The notes under the pieces were generated by a model. It worked only from the letters and a program-made list of their open reading frames with translations. It made no database searches and had not been told where the DNA came from. A stretch of DNA of 64,000 bases from Flavisolibacter sp. (GTDB lineage Bacteria; Bacteroidota; Bacteroidia; Chitinophagales; Chitinophagaceae), in the NCBI GenBank assembly GCA_035554655.1, contig DATMIF010000004.1:8922-72921 (forward strand), written 5' to 3'. Shown here in pieces: positions 9,463-18,389 of the stretch; the first letter of the stretch is position 1, and the number at the start of each line of letters is the position of its first letter. The translations under genes were made by a program, and so were the position numbers.

Positions 9463-10138
9463 TTATTTCATCTTGTTGTTCTTTACTAAACCAAGTTTTA
9501 CCCCTAATTGCGGCGAAGGCCAGGTGTAATAAAACTTATCTTTCTTATAAGCATATGGCGTTCTATCGACATAGCCATTGAAAGTTTCGTAAGTCTCTTC
9601 CTTATGTCGAATGCCTGCACCGGCATATACATCCCAATATGTTTTGAATCTTTTTTCTTTATGGGAAAGGAAAGTTTTCCCAACTAACACTTTCAAACAG
9701 TACACATCTACATTCTCTGTACGAAGTCCTTTGAAATTGTACCCTTCAACAGTTCTATATTCTGCTTGTTTCTTTTTAAAATTCCAATTCCGATAGAGCA
9801 CATCTGTTTCAATAAAAAAATCCAGCGCTTTATTAAGATAAGTTTTCTGGTAAAGTCCTAACGTATAGGAATGATAAAGCCTGTTGAAATGTGGCTTGCC
9901 ATAACCACCTGCAGCACCTGAACCAGGAAGTTTAATCAGTCCAGAATCCTTTGTTCCAGGCCTGTAAGCAAGAATAATTCCGTAACGTGTCTTTGGTGTA
10001 CCAAAAGCAAAATTAGTTTCGATATTAAGGAAAGGGAGTTCAGTTGGTTTTGATACCAAATTCAATAACACGTTGCGCCTTGCTTTGCATATTTGCAAAA
10101 CAGCAAATTAATAGTGCAGTGAATAATGACTTTTTCAT
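9463..10138 (-). pseudogene. Exported hypothetical protein with an N-terminal frameshift (or a sequencing error)
   Basis: The ATG at 10138 encodes a clean signal peptide, MKKSLFTALLICCFANMQSKAQ. That frame stops at 10040-10042. The 211-aa body (ORF 9463-10098) is in the adjacent frame and has no signal peptide. Confidence 0.6.
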
Positions 10139-10152
10139 AATGATAGCTTACA

Positions 10153-10761
10153 TTAAAGATGCCTGTCGAACATTTTTAGTGAAGACATCAAATCAGCTAT
10201 AAACACTTTGATTTTTATGATATCATCATTTTGGAAAACCGGTACATTCAAATCAAGAACCTGATTAAAACATATGGTTGAGGAATAAACCTGGCTTTTT
10301 GTTTTTTGCGCCAGTTGTTCTGATACATCCTGTGCTACTACATCAAAGCTCCAGATAAGCCAAAGCTTTGAATCGATGAATATCCATTCCTTCTTAATAT
10401 TCTGGCAATCGAGTTTTAGTTCGTTCTTAAAGTAATCCGTCTCATAATCCACATAACCCGAGAGAGCGCCTTTTTGTTGATCGATAGTTAACCCGGATAA
10501 GTCGATAATGGTAGGTTGAAGCGGAATTGCAGAAACCTGTACGATACGTTTGTCAACAATTACATAATTGGGATACTCGGTTGTTTTGATACTGTCGGCC
10601 ACTATGTCGATACTAAAAGCATGTGCCTTGCCATTGTATAAAAATTGGGCACTATTGTCTTTAGTTAAATAAGAGAGCTGAAATTCTTCATTATTGATAT
10701 CGCTTTGAGCAAGCGTTGTCAAACTGATTAACAATGCCAAAAAGAGAAGTGGTGATCTCAT
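10153..10761 (-). CDS. Hypothetical exported protein
   Basis: The ATG at 10761 gives the signal peptide MRSPLLFLALLISLTTLAQS. The longer ORF-track start at 10827 is a TTG. Confidence 0.55.
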   Translation of the reverse strand: MRSPLLFLALLISLTTLAQSDINNEEFQLSYLTKDNSAQFLYNGKAHAFSIDIVADSIKTTEYPNYVIVDKRIVQVSAIPLQPTIIDLSGLTIDQQKGALSGYVDYETDYFKNELKLDCQNIKKEWIFIDSKLWLIWSFDVVAQDVSEQLAQKTKSQVYSSTICFNQVLDLNVPVFQNDDIIKIKVFIADLMSSLKMFDRHL

Positions 10762-10833
10762 AGAGTGATGTATTGCCATAAATATATGAACATGCACCAA
10801 ATGAAAAAATGACAAGACAGATTTCAATCGGCA

Positions 10834-11427
10834 TTAGTCGTCCAGCCCTTTCCCCTCAAGTATCTGCGGTATGTATTTTTCAATCCTGGCTTCCCGTGTC
10901 TTGGATTGTTTAGCCTGCGAGAAGTAAAAAATGTAGGCTCTTTGTCTTCCAGGGGTTAGTGTGCTGAAAGCGTTTTTCAATACAGGCATTGTATTAAGCT
11001 TGTTTTGAAACTCCTCAGGTATATCGAAGTCAGAAGTTTTTTTAAGGTTCACTTTTAGCCCTGCTTTTTCTACTGTAATGGCTTGTTTGATCAGATCTTT
11101 TATCGCAGGTTCCTTTTTGATTATCTCCTTAACGTTAGTGAAGCGTAACTGTCTTGCCGATTGCACATTTTCTGTCTGCTGAATTAGAATGCCTTTTTTA
11201 TCTTTCAACAAGGCACCCTTGAAAAACAGGAGGGCACAATATTCCTTGAAGCCGTGTATTAACACAATGTTCTTCTTGTCGAGCGTATAACAGGGACATC
11301 CCCATTTCAATTCTTCGGTGAGACCACTATCAAGAACGATCATTCTTAACTGTTCATACTCTTCTGCCCATTTACTGGACTTATTGAAAAAGAAATCAAC
11401 TTTTGGATTCATGATGCTCTTTGCCAT
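10834..11427 (-). CDS. YdeI/OmpD-associated family protein (DUF1801 + YdeI domains)
   Basis: The C-terminus RQRAYIFYFSQAKQSKTREARIEKYIPQILEGKG is typical of YdeI. The start was moved to the ATG at 11427 (MAKSIMNPK) to avoid overlap with the upstream gene. Confidence 0.8.
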   Translation of the reverse strand: MAKSIMNPKVDFFFNKSSKWAEEYEQLRMIVLDSGLTEELKWGCPCYTLDKKNIVLIHGFKEYCALLFFKGALLKDKKGILIQQTENVQSARQLRFTNVKEIIKKEPAIKDLIKQAITVEKAGLKVNLKKTSDFDIPEEFQNKLNTMPVLKNAFSTLTPGRQRAYIFYFSQAKQSKTREARIEKYIPQILEGKGLDD

Positions 11428-11437
11428 GCTAACAAAT

Positions 11438-11992
11438 TTAAACCTTAAGTGATCCACGAAATCCTCTTGCTGCATAATAAGATTCCGCTCCGTTGTGATA
11501 AGTGAAAACGGTATCGTAGCGACGATCGCAAAATATAGCACCACCAAGCTTCCTGATGTCAGCAGGTGTTTTTATCCAGCTCGATGTTTTGGAATCGAAT
11601 GCTCCAAGTTGTTGCAGTTGCCTGTATTGTTCTTCAGTTAAAATTTCAATGCCCATTGCAGCGGCCATACCAATGGAACTACCGTCCGGTTTGTGTTCCT
11701 TTCTTGACGCCAGAGCTTCGTCATCATAACAAAGGCTTCTTCGTTCTTTTGGACTTTCGGCAGAACAATCATAGAAGGCGTATTCACCTGATTTGTTATC
11801 ATAACCAACAACATCAGGTTCACCACCGGTTTGTTCCATTTCGTAAAGCGACCAAAGGTTATCACTGGCGTTAAGCTTTGCCTCCACCTTATTCCATTCA
11901 ATGCCTTTATGCCTGTTCATGTTTTTTTCAAAACGGGCTTTCAATGTTTTGAGTAATTCCTGTTGTTGATCTATTGATAATTTCTTTTTCAT
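11438..11992 (-). CDS. DUF4256 domain protein
   Basis: Full-length resemblance to the DUF4256 pattern: LKTLKARFEKNMNRHKGIEW ... GGEPDVVGYD ... HNGAESYYAARGFRGSL. Confidence 0.85.
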   Translation of the reverse strand: MKKKLSIDQQQELLKTLKARFEKNMNRHKGIEWNKVEAKLNASDNLWSLYEMEQTGGEPDVVGYDNKSGEYAFYDCSAESPKERRSLCYDDEALASRKEHKPDGSSIGMAAAMGIEILTEEQYRQLQQLGAFDSKTSSWIKTPADIRKLGGAIFCDRRYDTVFTYHNGAESYYAARGFRGSLKV

Positions 11993-12392
11993 GCAAAAAT
12001 TTATTGACGAACCAAAATGAGTTTTTTATTCGGGGCCTGAAATGCCAGGATATAACCGTAAGAGCTAAAAGTAATAAAGAAGGAACTAATTCAACCACCT
12101 GGTCGCCTAGTGTCAAGTGTGAAAATATAGCTCCTGTCATAATGAAAAAGAAGCCTGCATAAGCCCATTCCCTCAGCAGGGGATTCCTCGGCATAAGCAA
12201 TGCAACTACGCCTAAAATTTTCCAAATACCGATGATGGTAAGCAGGTACGCAGGATAGCCGAGGTGTGTGATCATATCAACACCACCTTGTCCTTCTTTT
12301 GTTTTAACTAATTGCACTACGCCTGTTGATGTCATGCCCAGTGCAAGCCATATGGTGGAAACCCAGTAAATGATTTTGTTTCTCTTTGTCAT
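11928..12392 (-). CDS. DoxX family membrane protein
   Basis: Four TM helices with a DoxX-type pattern. There is a 4-nt overlap with the upstream SRPBCC gene. The 3' tail overlaps the DUF4256 start by 65 nt. Confidence 0.8.
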   Translation of the reverse strand: MTKRNKIIYWVSTIWLALGMTSTGVVQLVKTKEGQGGVDMITHLGYPAYLLTIIGIWKILGVVALLMPRNPLLREWAYAGFFFIMTGAIFSHLTLGDQVVELVPSLLLLALTVISWHFRPRIKNSFWFVNKFLHEKEIINRSTTGITQNIESPF

Positions 12393-12865
12393 AGCGGGTT
12401 GTTTTGTTTAGTGAGTATGTCCTGTATACGGTCATGTGCCATATTGATGCCCTGTGCAAAAGGTAATTGCAAAACCTGGTTTCTTTGTGCAACTGATTCA
12501 TAAATCACATGCATGGTAAGCTTACTGGTGTCTTCAGAGACCTGCTCAAATTCATACACCTCCAGTTGAACACCAAAAGGAGTGCCCTCCATTTCAAATG
12601 TCCTGGTGATTTTTTTGTTTGTAATTAATTCATGAATTACTCCGTTGGCACGGAAGGCAGCGTTTCCGTTGTTATCGGAAGTTTCGATCTGGTAGCTGCC
12701 ATGTTTTTTACTTTCCAGTTTGATGACTTTTGTTCCCATCCATTGTTCAATAATATCTGGCTCTACATAAGCAGTGAAAAGAAGTTCTATAGGCAAATCA
12801 AATTCTCTTGTTATCGTTATTTCCTGCCTGCCGCTTTCTGCGTTGATTTTCGTTTTGCGTTCCAT
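12389..12865 (-). CDS. SRPBCC/AHSA1-like (activator of Hsp90 ATPase homolog) domain protein
   Basis: Its size, its position directly downstream of an ArsR gene and the ITREFDLPIELLF..W pattern are typical of this common gene pair. Confidence 0.75.
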   Translation of the reverse strand: MERKTKINAESGRQEITITREFDLPIELLFTAYVEPDIIEQWMGTKVIKLESKKHGSYQIETSDNNGNAAFRANGVIHELITNKKITRTFEMEGTPFGVQLEVYEFEQVSEDTSKLTMHVIYESVAQRNQVLQLPFAQGINMAHDRIQDILTKQNNPL

Positions 12866-12870
12866 GATGT

Positions 12871-13194
12871 TTATTTTTTTGACTTGTATTTCTTCATTAC
12901 GGTTTCCAGTTTATTAAACCTGTCGTCCCACATTTTGCGGAAAGGCTCAATGAAGTCTGCTATCTCTTTGATTTTTTTTGGATTGAAGTGATAATAAATT
13001 TCCCTGCCGTTCTGTTCCCGTTCAAGCAACTCACATTCAGTAAGTATTTGCAGATGTTTTGAAACGGTAGGTCTTGCTGTACCGAAGTTGGCAGCAATGG
13101 CGCCTGCTGTCATCGCTTGCGAAGCCACCAACAGGAGTATGGCTCGCCTTGTTGGATCTGCTATGGCTTGAAAAACATCTCTTCGCAAATTCAT
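12871..13194 (-). CDS. ArsR/SmtB family transcriptional regulator
   Basis: The winged-HTH motif [17 protein letters not shown]...TVSKHLQIL is present. Confidence 0.9.
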   Translation of the reverse strand: MNLRRDVFQAIADPTRRAILLLVASQAMTAGAIAANFGTARPTVSKHLQILTECELLEREQNGREIYYHFNPKKIKEIADFIEPFRKMWDDRFNKLETVMKKYKSKK

Positions 13195-13195
13195 T

Positions 13196-13239
13196 GTGTA
13201 GCTATTTGACTACAAATATAAGTGTAGTTATTTGACTAC
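13196..13239 (-). promoter_or_regulatory. Tandem 18-bp operator-like direct repeats flanking a -7-type promoter box of the ArsR operon
   Basis: gtgtagctatttgactac (13196-13213) and gtgtagttatttgactac (13222-13239) match at 17/18 positions. Each contains GTAG(T/C)-N6-ACTAC dyad symmetry. The spacer caaatata (13213-13220) is the reverse complement of TATATTTG, which matches the Bacteroidetes -7 consensus TAnnTTTG. Confidence 0.6.
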
Positions 13240-13327
13240 GTAAATTTTTTTGCGCGGGTATTGGATTTTTGACAACTGTCATTTGGATTGATACGGAAAC
13301 CGGATATCTTAGTTTGTGTAAATATTA

Positions 13328-13834
13328 ATGATGAGAACTAAGGCTAGTGCTTTCTTTATTATACTGGTTATGCTCACTGCATCGTCATGTATAAAAGTGA
13401 GCAATAAACATTGCTGGCAATTATTGGATGCATTTGGAAATGACGTTGGTACCGTATGCGATAAATCAGAAGCACAGATGAAAGCTTCCTATCCAAGTTC
13501 ATGTAACTATTATAAACTTGGCGGCACCAATTATTGCTGGCTGATAGATAACAATATTTTCGTTAAGGACAAACCGCAGGAGTATATTGATCTTTTCCTG
13601 CATTGTTATAACTACGCTAATGCAAAAAAAGTTGCCTGCGATTATTGTCAAATATGGTACACAAGACAAAAAAACATTTACAAACCTGCTAATACTTTCC
13701 GTTATTCTACGGTGACAATACAACGCCTTTGTGGAGATACGGTGCATACTTTATTTCCCGGAAGAGAAATTATCCTGAGAGAAAGTGCCGACTCATTAAT
13801 TGTTTTGCAATTCAGTAATGATGGAAAGTTTTGA
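13328..13834 (+). CDS. Cysteine-rich hypothetical lipoprotein
   Basis: Signal peptide with a lipobox-like ASSC. The mature part has about ten Cys residues. No recognisable family. Confidence 0.55.
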   Translation: MMRTKASAFFIILVMLTASSCIKVSNKHCWQLLDAFGNDVGTVCDKSEAQMKASYPSSCNYYKLGGTNYCWLIDNNIFVKDKPQEYIDLFLHCYNYANAKKVACDYCQIWYTRQKNIYKPANTFRYSTVTIQRLCGDTVHTLFPGREIILRESADSLIVLQFSNDGKF

Positions 13835-13968
13835 ACAATTCCATGCAACAATTGCATAACCGTTATTTACAGTTAAAAATCTCAGCTTTCTATAGCTGAT
13901 TAATCATTGGGATGTACCTTAGTCCGCGTCGTTGCATTATCTAATGTTTTGATCTTAACTGTTGTAAC

Positions 13969-16038
13969 ATGAAAACCTTTCTGAACTTTTTTTTTCTGTT
14001 TATTTCATTTATTTCTTTAAAAGCTGAAGATGGTCATGATCTATGGCTTCGAAATCATAAAGCAAATCCAGTGAAGGTTGTTTGCAGTAAACAATCGACC
14101 ACATTAGATATTGCCAGGAAAGAATTGGAACAAGGATGGCTTGGTAAATCTGCAGCTACTGTTACTTTGAGCCTTACGTCGGATAAATTTATCAAAGGAG
14201 AAGGATATAAAATTGATGCTTCAGGAATTCACGCCAATACAGAAGTTGGAATCCTTTACGGCGTTTTTGAGCTTTTGCGTCGTCAACAAACCGGAGAGCC
14301 TGTTGTCGGTGTTATTTCAAATCCGTCTTACGAACGACGCATTCTTAATCATTGGGATAATCTCAACGGAACAATAGAACGTGGTTATGCGGGACCGTCT
14401 ATTTTTTGGAGGCAGGAAAGCACACCAACTATTACAGAGAAAGATAAAATGCTTTGGGCAGCATATGCCCGTGCTAATGCATCAATAGGAATAAACGGTT
14501 CAGTGCTCAATAATGTAAATGCATCGCCAAAAATGTTGGGAATCGAAGTTCTTCAAAAAGTAAAAGCGATTGCAGATGTGCTAAGACCATATGGAATTAA
14601 AACTTATCTCGCAGTGAATTTTAATTCGCCTGCAAGTTTAGGCGGATTAAAAACCTCTGATCCTTTGAATAAAGAGGTAGTTCAGTGGTGGGTTGATAAA
14701 GTAAAGGAGATTTACACACTTGTTCCTGATTTTGGTGGCTTTCTTGTCAAAGCAAATAGCGAAGGACAGCCCGGACCACAGGACTTCGGACGTACACATG
14801 CCGATGGCGCCAATATGATGGCCGATATTTTAAAACCCTACGGTGGAATTGTGATGTGGAGAGCTTTTGTTTACAGCCCTAATGATAAAGATCGTGCGAA
14901 GCAAGCCTACAATGAGTTTATGCCGTTTGATGGAAAGTTCCGCGATAACGTTATTATCCAGGTAAAGAATGGCCCTGTTGATTTTCAACCAAGGGAACCA
15001 TTTAGCCCCTTGTTTGGTGCAATGAAAAAAACTTCTGTTATGCCCGAATTACAAATTACGCAGGAGTACTTGGGACATGAACATCAGCTTGTTTTTTTAT
15101 CTACCATGTGGGAAGAATGTTTGAAGAGTGATACTTACCAGGGGGGAAAAGGAAGCACTGTTGCACGGGTTACAGATGGGAGTATTTATCCTCAAAAATA
15201 TACCGCCATTGCAGGTGTGTCAAATGTTGGATCCGACACAAATTGGACGGGTCATTACTTTGCACAAGCCAACTGGTATGCCTTCGGCAGGCTCGCATGG
15301 AATAATCAACTGACAAGTGAAAAAATTGCAGATGAATGGATAAAACTTACATTCTCTAATTCGACTACGAATAATACTGAAAGGAATAAGTGGAGTACAA
15401 ACTTTTTGGTGCCGGTAAAACAAATGATGCTGCAAAGTCGTGAGGCTGTGGTGAATTATTCAATGCCTTTAGGATTTCATCACATTTTTGCCGGCGATCA
15501 TCACTATGGCCCCGGTCCGTGGTATGCGCCAAAAGGCGTAAGAGCCGATTGGACGCCGCCATACTATCACCAGGCGGATAGTAATGGAGTTGGTTTCGAT
15601 CGTACTAAAACCGGTAGCAATGCAGTAAGTCAATATCACGAGCCACTTGCTTCTCAATTTGAAAATTTACAAACCTGCCCTGAAATTTATTTGTTATGGT
15701 TTCACCATTTGCCGTGGACCTACAAAATGAAGAGTGGAAGAATTTTATGGGATGAAATATGTTATCACTATGACAAAGGGGTGAAGCAGGTGAGGGAGTT
15801 TCAAAAAATTTGGGACAAGGTTGAACCTTATATAGACGCAGAACGTTTTGCTGACGTTCAAAGCAAGCTACGCAGGCAATGCCGTGATGCGCAAATTTGG
15901 AAAGATGGCTGCTTGCTTTACTTTCAGCAGTTCAGCCATCGTCCAATTCCGTTTGATCTGGAACGTCCTGTGTATGATTTGCAATACCTGATGAATACCG
16001 ATCCACTTACATTGAAGCCGATTCCTCAAAGAAAATAG
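13969..16038 (+). CDS. aguA: GH67 alpha-glucuronidase
   Basis: GH67 signature stretches are present: EDGHDLWLR, VKNGPVDFQPREPFSPLFG, QITQEYLG and ANWYAFGRLAWN. Signal peptide present. Confidence 0.9.
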   Translation: MKTFLNFFFLFISFISLKAEDGHDLWLRNHKANPVKVVCSKQSTTLDIARKELEQGWLGKSAATVTLSLTSDKFIKGEGYKIDASGIHANTEVGILYGVFELLRRQQTGEPVVGVISNPSYERRILNHWDNLNGTIERGYAGPSIFWRQESTPTITEKDKMLWAAYARANASIGINGSVLNNVNASPKMLGIEVLQKVKAIADVLRPYGIKTYLAVNFNSPASLGGLKTSDPLNKEVVQWWVDKVKEIYTLVPDFGGFLVKANSEGQPGPQDFGRTHADGANMMADILKPYGGIVMWRAFVYSPNDKDRAKQAYNEFMPFDGKFRDNVIIQVKNGPVDFQPREPFSPLFGAMKKTSVMPELQITQEYLGHEHQLVFLSTMWEECLKSDTYQGGKGSTVARVTDGSIYPQKYTAIAGVSNVGSDTNWTGHYFAQANWYAFGRLAWNNQLTSEKIADEWIKLTFSNSTTNNTERNKWSTNFLVPVKQMMLQSREAVVNYSMPLGFHHIFAGDHHYGPGPWYAPKGVRADWTPPYYHQADSNGVGFDRTKTGSNAVSQYHEPLASQFENLQTCPEIYLLWFHHLPWTYKMKSGRILWDEICYHYDKGVKQVREFQKIWDKVEPYIDAERFADVQSKLRRQCRDAQIWKDGCLLYFQQFSHRPIPFDLERPVYDLQYLMNTDPLTLKPIPQRK

Positions 16039-16095
16039 TTTAGATTAGAGGTGGCTCTGTTAGCAGAGAATTTATTGCTCATATAAAATGCGGTT

Positions 16096-16605
16096 ATGAA
16101 GCAACTGTTTTATTTCCTAGCATGTGTTACATTCATTAGTTGTAATGATATATCAAAACAACCAAAGGCTCATTATCCAAATCGTAATTATCAATTCGTT
16201 TCTCTAGATAAAAAATCATTTCATACAATTGAGCAATATTATGTGCCGGTGTATTCCAGCATTTATGGAGCAACCGGCAAGCATGAATATTATCTGACAG
16301 CCACATTGAGCATAAGAAACATTGGCTACACTGACAGCCTTTATTTATCGAAGATCTATTACTACGACTCGAATGGAAATTTGCTGAAAAAATATTTGGA
16401 TTCCACAGCGCTGCTAAAACCTATGGCTTCCATGGAAATTGTAATACCAACAAATGAAAAGGAAGGAGGTGCCGGGGCCAATTTTGTAGTTGAGTGTTTA
16501 GGGAACAACATTCTAAACGAACCATTGATTCAGACTGTGATGACCACATCTGACCTGAGAGTTGGATTCACAGCAAATGCTGTGAAAATAAAAATAATGA
16601 AATGA
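16096..16605 (+). CDS. DUF3124 domain lipoprotein
   Basis: Lipobox FISC. The YVPVYSSIY ... LSIRN pattern is characteristic of DUF3124. Confidence 0.7.
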   Translation: MKQLFYFLACVTFISCNDISKQPKAHYPNRNYQFVSLDKKSFHTIEQYYVPVYSSIYGATGKHEYYLTATLSIRNIGYTDSLYLSKIYYYDSNGNLLKKYLDSTALLKPMASMEIVIPTNEKEGGAGANFVVECLGNNILNEPLIQTVMTTSDLRVGFTANAVKIKIMK

Positions 16606-16620
16606 GTTTTGTACTCAGGA

Positions 16621-16821
16621 TCAATTTCTTCCAATTCTCCGGATGTATTTCAATGAGTGCCATAAAGAAACCATGATGAGAAGACTCAATAGCATAGTTA
16701 CATAAAACGTTAACGGAATACTGTTTAGTAATAATGAATTGACTACGTTCGTTAGTCTCTCAAGTTGAGAAACAATAATCATAAGGAGTACAAAAAGTCC
16801 GAGTAGTGATAATTTTCGCAT
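16621..16821 (-). CDS. Small hypothetical membrane protein
   Basis: Two hydrophobic helices. Coding status is uncertain. Confidence 0.3.
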   Translation of the reverse strand: MRKLSLLGLFVLLMIIVSQLERLTNVVNSLLLNSIPLTFYVTMLLSLLIMVSLWHSLKYIRRIGRN

Positions 16822-16980
16822 TTGCCAGAAGTTAGAAGTTACTGAGCATTAACATTTACAAAATTAAGATTTTGCAGATTTTTCTGTGGAAATCAGGTTC
16901 TATGGAATGGAAAGTTAAGGAGTTAAGAAATGTGAATAAACTCGTGATTTTTGAATGCCCATTCTATTTAAATTCGAATA

Positions 16981-17208
16981 ATGAGATACCAAAACGGAGA
17001 CCGCGTAGTACTACTGGAAAACATGTCATTTAAAGGTGGCGGAAAAGGGGGCCCGATTGCATCCGCCGAAATTCTTAGCTACAACAGAATCACGGAACAA
17101 TACAAAATCAGTTACGAAGTTTTCGGAACCGGAGAGAAGGGCGAGATCGAAGTCCCTGAAGAACGGCTTGTTAATTCTGCTGATGATACTTTCAAAATAA
17201 AAAGATAG
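16981..17208 (+). CDS. Small hypothetical protein
   Basis: The ORF has protein-like composition. No recognisable family. Confidence 0.3.
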   Translation: MRYQNGDRVVLLENMSFKGGGKGGPIASAEILSYNRITEQYKISYEVFGTGEKGEIEVPEERLVNSADDTFKIKR

Positions 17209-17395
17209 GTATCAAAATTCTCTAGTCAATTATTCTTTTAGTCCTTTCAATTAGCATCGCAATGATGGCCTTCCTTTCATGCCTTGTTAAAGGACATTGG
17301 AGTGCTGTTATACTCAGTAAGGTTTACAACACAGGAGAGTACAGGTCAGAGAATTGCCCAATATGCAATTTCTTTAGAGTAGTGACTCCCGATAT

Positions 17396-17620
17396 ATGAA
17401 AGAAGAAAAATTACTGCTAGAAGTGGTCAACAACAATTCCATTTTAGTTAACATCATCAACTGCGTACAGAAGGCTAATGTTACCATCAATGAGTTCAAG
17501 GCTGAAGAATCCACAAAAACCAGCGGTCATGTTTCGATAGTTATTGAAGCTGAAAAGGAAAATATTGATGTGCTGATCAAAGAACTTGCGAGGTTAGAAG
17601 GCGTTGAGCATGTCTCTTAA
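17396..17620 (+). CDS. Small ACT-domain-like hypothetical protein
   Basis: The beta-alpha-beta-beta-alpha-beta-like pattern (LLEVVNNNSILVNII...VSIVIEAEKENIDVLIKELARLEGV) resembles ACT regulatory domains. Confidence 0.3.
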   Translation: MKEEKLLLEVVNNNSILVNIINCVQKANVTINEFKAEESTKTSGHVSIVIEAEKENIDVLIKELARLEGVEHVS

Positions 17621-17758
17621 AGTAAAACTTTGCTCCCAAGCAGCGAATTGCTAAACAGTTTTGAGGAATAAAGCTTTGTAAATCCCTGCATATGCTGTAT
17701 AATTTCATTTGAAATTATAGTGCTACAAACAATTTATTAGTTCCTGAAAAGTCGGAAA

Positions 17759-17947
17759 TTGCGTCCGGGTTTATTTTCCAGTTCACTTACAGGGATCGGT
17801 ACCGAAAATGTAAGAGCGCCACGTTTAATACTTGATGGAAAGGAAAGAGAGGATGTGATTTCAATAGTTGAAACAGCTTTGAAGATAAGGCCTGAGTTGC
17901 CTGACTACTTAAATCTTCAGCCGGCAGAAAACATTCAGTGGGCATAA
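17759..17947 (+). pseudogene. Possible C-terminal relic of a DapA/DHDPS-family lyase
   Basis: GTENVRAPRLILDGKEREDVISIVETAL resembles the ..VR.P.L.L...e...l...l.. C-terminus of DHDPS-family enzymes. There is no full-length frame upstream. Confidence 0.2.
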
Positions 17948-18389
17948 TTGTTTTTTTTAGAAAGTTTGTAACAACAGTGAGCGTCGAATGTGACCGATAG
18001 CTTACCGGAGGTACAAGTAAGAGGAAACAACCATTACACTAAAAAAGCAATTGTTCCAAGTATAGAGGATGGGCAATGATAACGGGATACAACACGATTA
18101 TTATTGATGACGATGATCCGCATGCTCACGGATTTCAGGTGATATAGCATATAGGGAACGATTGCTGAAGAAGATTCGCATCTTGCACACAAAGCACGAA
18201 AAATGTGGATGCTGTGGTGCTTAATCAGTCTCACTGTACTATTAATGTTTGAACAACAGCAAGAAAACATTTGTTTCATAAGTTTCAACAAATAAGCGCC
18301 TTTGCGGCACCCTGGAGTTTTAAATTTGATGAAACTTAATTTTACGCCTTTGCCGGCTTAAAATAAAGACCAACTAAAAATCATAGCTA

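Noticed and set aside
18076-18147. A short + strand frame, MITGYNTIIIDDDDPHAHGFQVI, that resembles the start of a response-regulator receiver domain.
   Set aside because: It is only 23 codons before a stop and I could not follow a continuation in any frame. It is too short to call and is mentioned only as a possible relic.
18034-18291. An 85-aa minus-strand ORF in the gene-poor stretch.
   Set aside because: The sequence is Cys/His/Ser-rich and not protein-like (MFSCCCSNINST...). It has no signal, no motifs and no plausible promoter context.
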